This document shows, piece by piece, positions 26,373-34,560 of a stretch of 36,929 nucleotides of DNA. The stretch lies in contig CAYWGE010000001.1 in NCBI GenBank assembly GCA_964457215.1, positions 1 to 36,929 on the forward strand, in the 5' to 3' direction. Source of the DNA: an uncultured Pseudomonadota bacterium. GTDB lineage: Bacteria > UBA10199 > JADFYH01. Positions within the stretch are counted from its first letter, which is position 1. Each line of letters begins with the position of its first letter. The position numbers were made by a program, and so were the translations under genes. The notes below the pieces were generated by a model. The model made no database searches. It was given only the letters and a program-made list of their open reading frames with translations, and was not told the DNA's origin.

Positions 26373-27778
26373 CTAAACCTCTTCATATCCATCTCATCGC
26401 CATTTGTGGAACGGCCATGGGTACTTTGGCCGGCATGCTCAAAGCAAAAGGCTTTCAAGTATCGGGAAGCGACGAAAACGTCTACCCCCCCATGAGCACC
26501 CAGCTCCAAAAATGGGGAATAGAAATTCAAAAAGGATTTAAACCTGAAAATTTAAATCCAAAACCTGATCTTGTGGTGGTCGGCAATGCTGTTTCAAAGA
26601 CTAACCCTGAAGTAATCGCCCTTTTAGAATCGGGTATTGAATATCTTTCTCTTCCTCAAACCCTTGCTCGATTTTTTCTGGAGGGTAAAAAATCTTTGGT
26701 CGTTGCGGGAACTCATGGGAAAACAACCACCACTTCTTTGCTCGCGTGGGTACTCTATGATTGTAAGTTAGATCCTAGTTTTTTGGTGGGGGGCATCCCT
26801 CAAAATTTCGATTCTTCATTTGCGCTCGGAAAAGGAAACTATTTTGTAATCGAAGGGGATGAATACGACACCGCCTTCTTCGATAAAGGCCCAAAATTTT
26901 GGCATTATCGCCCATTTCACGCTATTCTCACCGGCGTCGAATTTGATCATGCCGACATCTATAAAGACTTAGACCATGTGAAATCGGCGTTTCAAAAATT
27001 TATTGAACTTATTCCCGGGGATGGAGCGCTTTATTATTCAGCAGATAATTCTATTGCAACCGAGCTCTCCGCTTATTGCAAAGGACGAAAAATTTCCTAC
27101 GGTTTTGATTCTCGAGCAGAATTTAGAGCAGAAAAAATCGAATTTAACGCCGAAGGCGTCGAATTCGATTTTTATCAAAATTCCACCTTACTGGCTCGGT
27201 TTCATTCTCCCCTTCCAGGGCGTCATAATTTACAAAATTTATTGGGAGTTTTGGCACTTGTACTGAATTCATCTCCGGACATCAGCCTAAACCAAATTCA
27301 ACAATCTGTTTCAAAATTTAAGAGTGTAAAACGCAGACAAGAAGTAAGGGGAGTCGCAAAGGGCATCACGATCATTGATGATTTTGCCCATCATCCGACT
27401 GCAATTGCCGAAACCATTGACGCAATCAAAGCCAAATATCCAGGTCAAAAAGTCTGGGCTATTTTCGAGCCCCGCTCCAATTCGAGCAAACGCGATATTT
27501 TTCAGCACGATTTTCCAAAAGCATTAGCGCATGCCGATGAAGTCATACTCGCAAAAGTTTTTATGCCCGAAAAAGTAAAAGAAGGAAAAGTACTAGACGT
27601 ACTTCAGGTGGCTCAAGATATTGGCGCATTAAACGTTCCCACTCAAGCCGATCTTGAAGTAGAAGAAATCGTTTCGCTTCTTAAACAACGCGCCAAATCT
27701 GGTGATGTACTCCTCGTTATGAGCAATGGAGGTTTTGGGGGAATTCATCAAAAGTTGCTCACGACCTTAAGTACATAA
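26369..27778 (+). CDS. mpl: UDP-N-acetylmuramate:L-alanyl-gamma-D-glutamyl-meso-diaminopimelate ligase Mpl
   Basis: The N-terminus reads IHLIAICGTAMGTLAGMLKAKGFQVSGSDENVYPPMSTQLQKWGIE, which closely matches the Mpl signature (GSDxNVYPPMS). It also has the P-loop GTHGKTTT. Confidence 0.9.
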   Translation: MTKPLHIHLIAICGTAMGTLAGMLKAKGFQVSGSDENVYPPMSTQLQKWGIEIQKGFKPENLNPKPDLVVVGNAVSKTNPEVIALLESGIEYLSLPQTLARFFLEGKKSLVVAGTHGKTTTTSLLAWVLYDCKLDPSFLVGGIPQNFDSSFALGKGNYFVIEGDEYDTAFFDKGPKFWHYRPFHAILTGVEFDHADIYKDLDHVKSAFQKFIELIPGDGALYYSADNSIATELSAYCKGRKISYGFDSRAEFRAEKIEFNAEGVEFDFYQNSTLLARFHSPLPGRHNLQNLLGVLALVLNSSPDISLNQIQQSVSKFKSVKRRQEVRGVAKGITIIDDFAHHPTAIAETIDAIKAKYPGQKVWAIFEPRSNSSKRDIFQHDFPKALAHADEVILAKVFMPEKVKEGKVLDVLQVAQDIGALNVPTQADLEVEEIVSLLKQRAKSGDVLLVMSNGGFGGIHQKLLTTLST

Positions 27779-28051
27779 TAATCTTTCTTTTTATTCTTCC
27801 TTTCCTTGCCTCATTGCCTCGAATTTGGTTTTACTAATCCAAAACAAAGTATAACGATCTTTTTGACAGAGCATTAGGATGAGCCTTTAGGTATATAGAT
27901 AAGAATACTAGTGTTTCGTCACAGAAGTTTTAACGGGTGCAACTCGTTGAAACAATAAAAAGATGCACTTGTACCCAACTTAAAGAACCCGTGTAATTCA
28001 CTGTGGCGAGGTACAAGACTTAAGTATACCTCAAAATTAAAGGGGTAATCT

Positions 28052-31000
28052 TTGGTAAAACAAATTCGTCGAAAAATCCTAACCTTCCTCTTTTTATTCT
28101 TGGGAATCGGAAGTTTCTTAGGTGCTTTTTATTGGAGCACTCATTCCCAAAAGGGCTTTGTGCTGACCTGGGGAACGCTTGTGCGCCTTATCCCCGGAAA
28201 ATTAGAATGGGAAAGAATTGATCTCAATCTCTCGGCGGGAAATATTCGAATAAAAAATTTGCGTTATACGCTTCCTCAAGGGATTTTTTTGCTCAAGCTC
28301 AATGAGCTCAATGCAACCTTAGCTAAAACCTCTCTCTTTCGAACTCGCCTTCTTCTGGAAAATATTAAAATCAGCAATCTCATGCTCGATTTAAGCAAAC
28401 TTCCTCCTCAAAAAAAGAAAGATCAAATGCCACCTTTATTGCGGGCATTGAGTCGTCGCTTAGAAATTAAATCCGGTATTTTAGAAAATACCGAAGTTTT
28501 TCTCAAGAATGGGCATCTTTCTATTCCTACTATTGAAGTGAAGTACAAACCCACTCTATTGGAGAAAAATTTTCTCCAATTTGCGTTAAATCAGGTACAA
28601 GGCGACATCAATGCCCACTCCTTTTCAGTTCAAAAAATTTATTATGACGGAACTTTTTCTGTGCCGGACTTAATGAAAGAGGCTCTGCTGTTTCGTCAGA
28701 CTCAAGGTAAATTGGGTATTCAAGGAGCGGAATTTGGGACATTTCGCCTCTCCGATCTCCAGACTCAAGCCCGATTCGAAGGCGAAACCCTTATTTTTGA
28801 TCATGTTGCTCTAACCTTTGGCAAAACACCTCTTCTGCTCAACCTCACTTTTGCCCCCTTTAATCAACATGCGGAAGGAAAACTTTCTACACCTGGATGG
28901 GTAGAGTTTGAAGATATTCCAGGCTTTGGTGACAAGCTTGTTCGTCTCTATGATAAAATTTCTTTTGATCTCGATTTTGATATCACAGGGTTTCTCTTTA
29001 AAGAAATGGAAGGAAAATTGGCTCTTTCTCTCCATACTCAAGGAAATCAGGTGAATCCTAAAACTCCCACTCTCGATTTAAAACTTGCCTCGACTATTCA
29101 CAAAGGGAAATTCGAATTTAAAGATTTTACTGCTCATAGTGAACGATCGGATCTCGCCATTAAAGGATTCGTCGATCTTGCGGAAATGAAATTGGGGGTG
29201 GATGTTAATACCACTGGGTTTGACATTAAAACTTTAGTCACTTCCTTTTCGGAACAAGACATCCAAGGATACGCCGACGCCGTGGGAAAAATTACGGGTC
29301 CTTTGAAACAACCTGATTTGCGTTTTCAGGGAAAAGCCGTGGAAAGTGGTTATAAATTCATGCGTTTTGGAGAAAATGGCGGAGACTTTGAAATTGTGAA
29401 TGGACGTTTGCGCTACTCCGGCAAATCCCCCGAAGGAGACGACACGGTCGAGATCGTAGTGGATGACATCTTTAATGCTCAACGTCGTCATTTAAAATTA
29501 AAAACCGATTTCAATCAAATTGACGTTTCGACTTTGCTCGAGAATCCAGGAATGAAAGGAAAAGTGAGCGGGCACTACGAAATGGACAGTTTTCAATTAC
29601 GAAAATCCGGAAAACTTACCGCGAACGTCAAAGATTTTTCACTTTATCAATTCCACCTGGGCGACGTGGAGGCCGAAGGTAATTTAAATAATAATGATTT
29701 CTCTTTTCCTCTCATTACTTTCCAACCTCCTAATTATGAAAAGATAAAAATTCCTCGTGAAGCGCTGATTCATTTTGACGATGGGGGCTTTAAGTATAAA
29801 GGGAGCCTCATTGAAGGAATGGAGATCGAAGGCGCCTTAGCTTATGCTCAGAAAAATCTCCTCAAAACTTCTGCAACTTGTCACGAATGTTCTATTGCCC
29901 CTCTTTTAGCCGCCCTGGAATTTCCACCTTTAGCAGGTAAAGTGGATGGTAAAATTACAATGGAGTTGTGGATTGGAAATTTTGAAAATTCTCGCATGGA
30001 CGCAAACATCACTGCCCTAGAAGTTCCTGTAGGAGAATCCGGGATTCTTCGCCAAGCTTCCCCTCTTAAAATTACTTATCATCAAGGAGCTTTTCATTTA
30101 GATGATGTGAATATTGCATTAGGAGAAGGACGAACGACAATAAAAGGAACGTATGCCTCGGATAAACCTTTTAATCTCGAAGTATTGGGTAAACTCGATT
30201 TAAGTTTACTCCAAGCCTTCAAAGCTCAAATTCGAGAGGCATCCGGACCGGCTGATGTAAATCTTAAAATCCGCGGTACTGCTCAGAATCCAGAAATAAA
30301 TGGAAAGGTTGTTTTTGAAGGAGCCTCTCTTAACCCTCGCTTCTTAGGAAATGCTGTAGAAAATTTAAAAGGGACTTTAATCATCGAAGATAAAAAGATT
30401 TCTGCGGAAGATTTATCAGGTACCGTAGCAGAAGGAGATATTCACCTCTCTGGAAGCCTCTGGCATGAACAATTCAAAATCAATAAAGCCGATATTAAGG
30501 CCGATTTACGCGAAGTCGCTTTGAGCCAGCCTGGTGCCTATACTTTATATCTTTCCGGGAAAGTAAATCTTACAGGACAAAATCCCAACCTACTTTTGGC
30601 CGGCAATTTAGATATTACCGAAGGTCAATACACAAAGAATTTTGAGGTGAAAGATTTTATTGCAAAACCAAGCGCCACCGGAGTGGAAGGCGAAAAAGAT
30701 CAGACTTTTGAGAACCTGAAACTCGATTTAAAAATTCGAAGTCCCGGAGAACTCCAAGTTAAAAACAATGTCGCTACGATTGATCTAAAAAGTGATTTAA
30801 AAATTACAGGAACTAAATCTAAACCCATTGTCACAGGAGCTATTGAAGTATTGGACGGAAAATTTCATTACTTTCGCCTTAATTTCGAAAATGCAAAAGG
30901 CGTGATTGATTTTAGAGATCCTAACAAACCTTACCCCTATGTGAGCATTACGGCAGATAAAGCCTTTGATCGACCCACTGAGAGTGTTTTGGTCAATCTT

Positions 31001-31441
31001 CTTGTTGAAGGTTATACCGATAATTTACAGCTCTCTTTTAATTCAAATCCTCCCCTCGAGAAACAAGAAATCTTGGCCCTTGTTTTCACCGGAGCACTTC
31101 CCAATGAGCAAAAAAACATTCCCGGTGCGAATATTGCAAGCACTGTTATTGCGAGCCAACTCACGAGCGTCTTAGCGGGTCCTCTGAACGATTTTGCTCA
31201 TTTAGATATTTTCCGCTTAGAAGCCTCAGATCCGGATTCTCAAAGTCTCACTTCGTTAGTGGTCGGAAAACAAATCGGAGATCGACTTTCTTTAGAATTC
31301 AAAACAGATCTCGCAGTTCAACAAGCGGTCAGTGCTGTTCAAGCGGAATATCTTATTTTTGATAATTTTCTCCTCAAAGCCTCTCGCACGTCTTCAGCAC
31401 AATATCGACTCGAAGCGACTTTGCGATTTAAGGAATATTAA
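28052..31441 (+). CDS. tamB: TamB-like translocation and assembly module protein (DUF490/AsmA-like, inner-membrane anchored)
   Basis: This 1129-aa protein has an N-terminal TM anchor (ILTFLFLFLGIGSFLGAFYW) and a long beta-rich repetitive body. It lies immediately upstream of an Omp85 gene. It uses a TTG start with AGGGG 6 nt upstream. Confidence 0.7.
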   Translation: MVKQIRRKILTFLFLFLGIGSFLGAFYWSTHSQKGFVLTWGTLVRLIPGKLEWERIDLNLSAGNIRIKNLRYTLPQGIFLLKLNELNATLAKTSLFRTRLLLENIKISNLMLDLSKLPPQKKKDQMPPLLRALSRRLEIKSGILENTEVFLKNGHLSIPTIEVKYKPTLLEKNFLQFALNQVQGDINAHSFSVQKIYYDGTFSVPDLMKEALLFRQTQGKLGIQGAEFGTFRLSDLQTQARFEGETLIFDHVALTFGKTPLLLNLTFAPFNQHAEGKLSTPGWVEFEDIPGFGDKLVRLYDKISFDLDFDITGFLFKEMEGKLALSLHTQGNQVNPKTPTLDLKLASTIHKGKFEFKDFTAHSERSDLAIKGFVDLAEMKLGVDVNTTGFDIKTLVTSFSEQDIQGYADAVGKITGPLKQPDLRFQGKAVESGYKFMRFGENGGDFEIVNGRLRYSGKSPEGDDTVEIVVDDIFNAQRRHLKLKTDFNQIDVSTLLENPGMKGKVSGHYEMDSFQLRKSGKLTANVKDFSLYQFHLGDVEAEGNLNNNDFSFPLITFQPPNYEKIKIPREALIHFDDGGFKYKGSLIEGMEIEGALAYAQKNLLKTSATCHECSIAPLLAALEFPPLAGKVDGKITMELWIGNFENSRMDANITALEVPVGESGILRQASPLKITYHQGAFHLDDVNIALGEGRTTIKGTYASDKPFNLEVLGKLDLSLLQAFKAQIREASGPADVNLKIRGTAQNPEINGKVVFEGASLNPRFLGNAVENLKGTLIIEDKKISAEDLSGTVAEGDIHLSGSLWHEQFKINKADIKADLREVALSQPGAYTLYLSGKVNLTGQNPNLLLAGNLDITEGQYTKNFEVKDFIAKPSATGVEGEKDQTFENLKLDLKIRSPGELQVKNNVATIDLKSDLKITGTKSKPIVTGAIEVLDGKFHYFRLNFENAKGVIDFRDPNKPYPYVSITADKAFDRPTESVLVNLLVEGYTDNLQLSFNSNPPLEKQEILALVFTGALPNEQKNIPGANIASTVIASQLTSVLAGPLNDFAHLDIFRLEASDPDSQSLTSLVVGKQIGDRLSLEFKTDLAVQQAVSAVQAEYLIFDNFLLKASRTSSAQYRLEATLRFKEY

Positions 31442-31444
31442 AAG

Positions 31445-34231
31445 ATGGAGAAAGCACTCTTAAACCGTGAAACATTTCTTGCAGCGCCTCTGTCGCATGT
31501 GGCGAAACCGTTTTCTGTTGCATGCTTCATACTAACCATTTTTTTTATTCTTTCTTTTTTTAGCTCTTCGGCAAAGGCAGCAAAAATAAACCCTAATTCT
31601 AGTCCTGAAATTATCAACCAAATCGAAATTCACAATCAACTACCCAAAAAAATTCCGGATATCGAAGCAGTAATGCGTTTAAAAGTAGGGGATGTTTTTG
31701 ATCAATCGAAACTTGAAAATGCCATTGAAGATTTACGAAAATGGGGGGTTTTTAAAAATGTAGAAGTTTTGGTGAGACACGAGGGAAATAAAGTAGATTT
31801 AGATTTTCAACTTGAAGACGCCTACCTCATCAAAGATGTCGAAATTCATGGGAACTTTCCTCTATTAGAAAAAAAAATTAAACGCGCCATTTTTCTTTCG
31901 CCAGGGGATATTTACGATAGAACACGTATTCCAGAACAAGTTGATCGCCTCCTCTCCTTTTACGAAAAAGCTGGCTACAAAGGCACAGTCATTTTCATTG
32001 AAGAGAATTTAGACGAGCAAAATCATGTGGCGACTTTAGAAATTCATATCCAAAAAGGAAAAGATTATCGTGTGGGTGAAGTAGAGGTAAAAGGAAATAC
32101 AATCTTTAAAGATAGTCGAATCGCAAATAAAGTAAGCCGTGTTTTTGGTTACAGCCCGGATCGCCTTAAACAAGATATAAAAAACATTCAATCGCTCTAT
32201 CGTGATGAAGATTATCCCCGAGCCCGAGTCAAAATAGTCGACACAGAATTTGACGAACAAAAACGCAAAGTAAATTTTACTTTGGAAATTCGAGAAGGCA
32301 AACAAATCGATGTTTTATTTGAGGGGAACAAACACCAATGGAGTAAAAATCTTAAAAAAGTAGTGGATATCCCTAAGAATGGAGACACCGATGATATTGA
32401 ACTTGAACGCGCTAAAACCCAACTGATTCAACACTATAATAGTTTAGGCTACGACGAAGTAACCGTAAGCTATAAAAAACAAAAAGTAGGCGATAAAAAA
32501 ATCGTAGTTACTTTTTTTATTCAAGAAGGCCCCAAGCACACCATTAAATCGATTGATTTTGAGGGTAATAAAAACATTTCGGCAAAAAAATTACGCGAAC
32601 AAATGCAGACGCAAGAAGAGTCCTTTGAAAATCCAGCGAGCGTGTTCCTAGAAAACGTTTTTAAACAAGATTTAGAAACCATCACATCTTTTTACGAAAA
32701 AAATGGTTTTCTCGAGGCCAAAGTAGCCGATTGGAAGAAATCGCTCAATGCGACACAAGATAAATACCTCATCAATATTCAGATCAAAGAAGACAAACAA
32801 ACCTTTGTAGAATTTATAAAATTTCAAGGGCTCAAAGCTTTTAAAGAAAGTGAAATTCGAAAATTTTTATTGGTAAAAGAAAATCAACCCTATGAAACTC
32901 CAAAGCTTGAACAAGATGTAAAAGCTATTCTAATTTATTATGCAAACCATGGTTACCCCTATGCTCAAGTCAAAACCGATCTTTCTCATCCGAGTAGTGA
33001 AAAAGTAGGGGTTACTTATCAGATTGAAGAAGGCCCTTCTGCTAAAATTGGCAAAATTTTAATCGTCGGAAATTTACTTACAAAGCGCTCCGCTATTTTA
33101 AATGCACTGCGGTTCAAAGAAGGAAGCGTTTTTAATCCTCAAAAAATTTTAGAGAGTCAAACCTCGTTACGAAAATTAGGCATCTTTGATTCTCTCACTC
33201 TTGAAACTCTGGGCTTGAAAGGACAAGAATCGGTTGTTCATGTCGTTGTGCGAGTGGAAGAAAAGAAACCTGTCGAAATTGATCTAGGTTTTTCTTACGA
33301 CACTGATACCAGCTTTAAAGCGAAAATGGCTTATACCCGCCGCAATCTTTTCGGGATGGGAAAGCAATTCAACTTAAATCTTACGGGCGGCCCTCTATAC
33401 GACCGAGCGGAAGTCGACTTCACCGACCCTCGTTTTTTTGGCACAGACTGGAAACATCTCGACAGTGTATATGCCATGTATGAGAGTCGTACTTTCTTTA
33501 CAGATGTTCAACTCGGCGGCTCCGTCGGACTCTTTCGAGAACTTACTCGTCATCTTTCAATGGTCATTCGTTACGATTTAATTCGAACCGATTTTCTCGA
33601 AGAAAAAACCGATTTCTCGGAACTTCGACCCGGCACTCAAGACAACACGACAGGTAAATTAGAATATTCCGTCACATATGATCGGAGAGATAATTTTGGC
33701 GACCCACATTCCGGCTTTTACACGGTAGGACGTGTTGATTTTGGAACGCAGTTTGAAGGACTCGATGCTCATTTTTTCGAAACCGGTGCGAGCTTTGGAT
33801 ATTGGTGGTCCCCCTCGCCTATCTCGCGATTTACAATTTCAAATAGCCTTCGTTTCGCAACCGTTTTTCCTTTCTCGAAGGGAGTGAATATTCCCACTCA
33901 AGAACTTATTTTCATGGGAGGTGATGATACTGTCCGAGGATTTAGACAAGACGGCTTAAATCCTGCGGGAGGAAAAGTGGGAATTATTTACAATCTTGAA
34001 TTCATTATTCGTCTCTTCAAAGGATTTCAACTCGCAGGCTTCTTAGACAGTGGCAGCGATACCAATACGTTTGGAGAGATTGGTCCTTCTTCTTTCAGGC
34101 ACGCCGCAGGCCCCAGCATTCGTTATGCCACCCCCGTGGGACCCCTTCGAGTCGATTACGGCATTGTACTCGACCCTCAAGCTGGGGAAGATACCCAGCG
34201 TCTTCACATCAGCTTCGGCTACTTTTTCTGA
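31445..34231 (+). CDS. bamA: Omp85-family outer-membrane protein assembly factor (BamA/TamA-like, multiple POTRA repeats plus a beta-barrel)
   Basis: It has repeated POTRA-like units (IKSIDFEGNKNISAKKLREQM, IEFIKFQGLKAFKESEIRKFL, IGKILIVGNLLTKRSAILNAL). The C-terminal barrel ends in ...HISFGYFF, an aromatic beta-signal. Confidence 0.85.
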   Translation: MEKALLNRETFLAAPLSHVAKPFSVACFILTIFFILSFFSSSAKAAKINPNSSPEIINQIEIHNQLPKKIPDIEAVMRLKVGDVFDQSKLENAIEDLRKWGVFKNVEVLVRHEGNKVDLDFQLEDAYLIKDVEIHGNFPLLEKKIKRAIFLSPGDIYDRTRIPEQVDRLLSFYEKAGYKGTVIFIEENLDEQNHVATLEIHIQKGKDYRVGEVEVKGNTIFKDSRIANKVSRVFGYSPDRLKQDIKNIQSLYRDEDYPRARVKIVDTEFDEQKRKVNFTLEIREGKQIDVLFEGNKHQWSKNLKKVVDIPKNGDTDDIELERAKTQLIQHYNSLGYDEVTVSYKKQKVGDKKIVVTFFIQEGPKHTIKSIDFEGNKNISAKKLREQMQTQEESFENPASVFLENVFKQDLETITSFYEKNGFLEAKVADWKKSLNATQDKYLINIQIKEDKQTFVEFIKFQGLKAFKESEIRKFLLVKENQPYETPKLEQDVKAILIYYANHGYPYAQVKTDLSHPSSEKVGVTYQIEEGPSAKIGKILIVGNLLTKRSAILNALRFKEGSVFNPQKILESQTSLRKLGIFDSLTLETLGLKGQESVVHVVVRVEEKKPVEIDLGFSYDTDTSFKAKMAYTRRNLFGMGKQFNLNLTGGPLYDRAEVDFTDPRFFGTDWKHLDSVYAMYESRTFFTDVQLGGSVGLFRELTRHLSMVIRYDLIRTDFLEEKTDFSELRPGTQDNTTGKLEYSVTYDRRDNFGDPHSGFYTVGRVDFGTQFEGLDAHFFETGASFGYWWSPSPISRFTISNSLRFATVFPFSKGVNIPTQELIFMGGDDTVRGFRQDGLNPAGGKVGIIYNLEFIIRLFKGFQLAGFLDSGSDTNTFGEIGPSSFRHAAGPSIRYATPVGPLRVDYGIVLDPQAGEDTQRLHISFGYFF

Positions 34232-34560
34232 CCGAAGCCGGGTACACACTTCAAGTGGGTGGCTGAGGGAATGGTTGAAGACGGAGTCGTAAACCATGAC
34301 CGAGACATTGTGTATACCCGAACTCTTATCCCATACACCGTCCTCGCATATGGCTAAGGAAAGCCTTAAAAATCATAACTCATTGCCAGACTCCTTATTT
34401 TTCAGTTACAATGTGGATTCGTATGACCGAAACCGGGTATACCCTTCGGGCATGGCCGAGGAAATGGTTGCGACCGAATCCGGGTGCCCCGAAAGCTTTC
34501 GGGGCGGATGAGGAAGTGGTTGTAGCCGAAGGCGGAAACCAGAAACGAGAGTTGGAAACC
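34230..34560 (+). repeat. Tandem array of about 4 GC-rich structured modules plus a conserved tail that ends at a start codon
   Basis: The modules lie at 34230-34295, 34296-34365 (degenerate), 34423-34471 and 34472-34530. Their consensus is GACCGAA-NNCC-GGGYA-[hairpin]-GGN'N'-GAGGAARTGGTTG. The six-frame ORFs here overlap one another with no consistent frame. Confidence 0.7.
34383..34412 (+). promoter_or_regulatory. Candidate sigma70-type promoter inside the module array
   Basis: TTGCCA (34383-34388), an 18-nt spacer, then TACAAT (34407-34412). This lies 10 nt upstream of the ATGACCGAA that opens module M2. The arrangement parallels the -10 element upstream of ATGACC at the E1alpha locus. 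Confidence 0.4.

Noticed and set aside
34043-34297. Overlapping ORFs 34043-34297 (-) and 34050-34292 (+) across the Omp85 3' end and module M1.
   Set aside because: They are mutually overlapping on both strands. They cover the well-supported Omp85 C-terminus and the repeated non-coding module, so they are an artefact of locally high GC.
34352-34365. Resemblance of GGCTAAGGAAAGCC/GAGGAAA motifs to the RNase P RNA GAGGAAAGUCC box. I also considered a TPP riboswitch upstream of the TPP-dependent E1alpha.
   Set aside because: Only the short purine motif matches. The other universally conserved RNase P segments are absent, as are the TPP-riboswitch CUGAGA / ACCUGAUCUGGAUAAUGCCAGCG elements.
34411-34560. 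The 50-codon N-terminal extension of the ORF-track entry 34411-35292.
   Set aside because: The extension is made entirely of modules M2 and M3, which recur non-coding upstream of E1alpha. The conserved GGAAACC-ATG junction and SD-like GAGAG point to a start at 34561.
34230-34560. Whether the tandem repeats could be a CRISPR array.
   Set aside because: The units are imperfect copies of about 50-65 nt that abut each other directly. They are not identical 25-40-nt repeats separated by unique spacers. There are no cas genes in the window.
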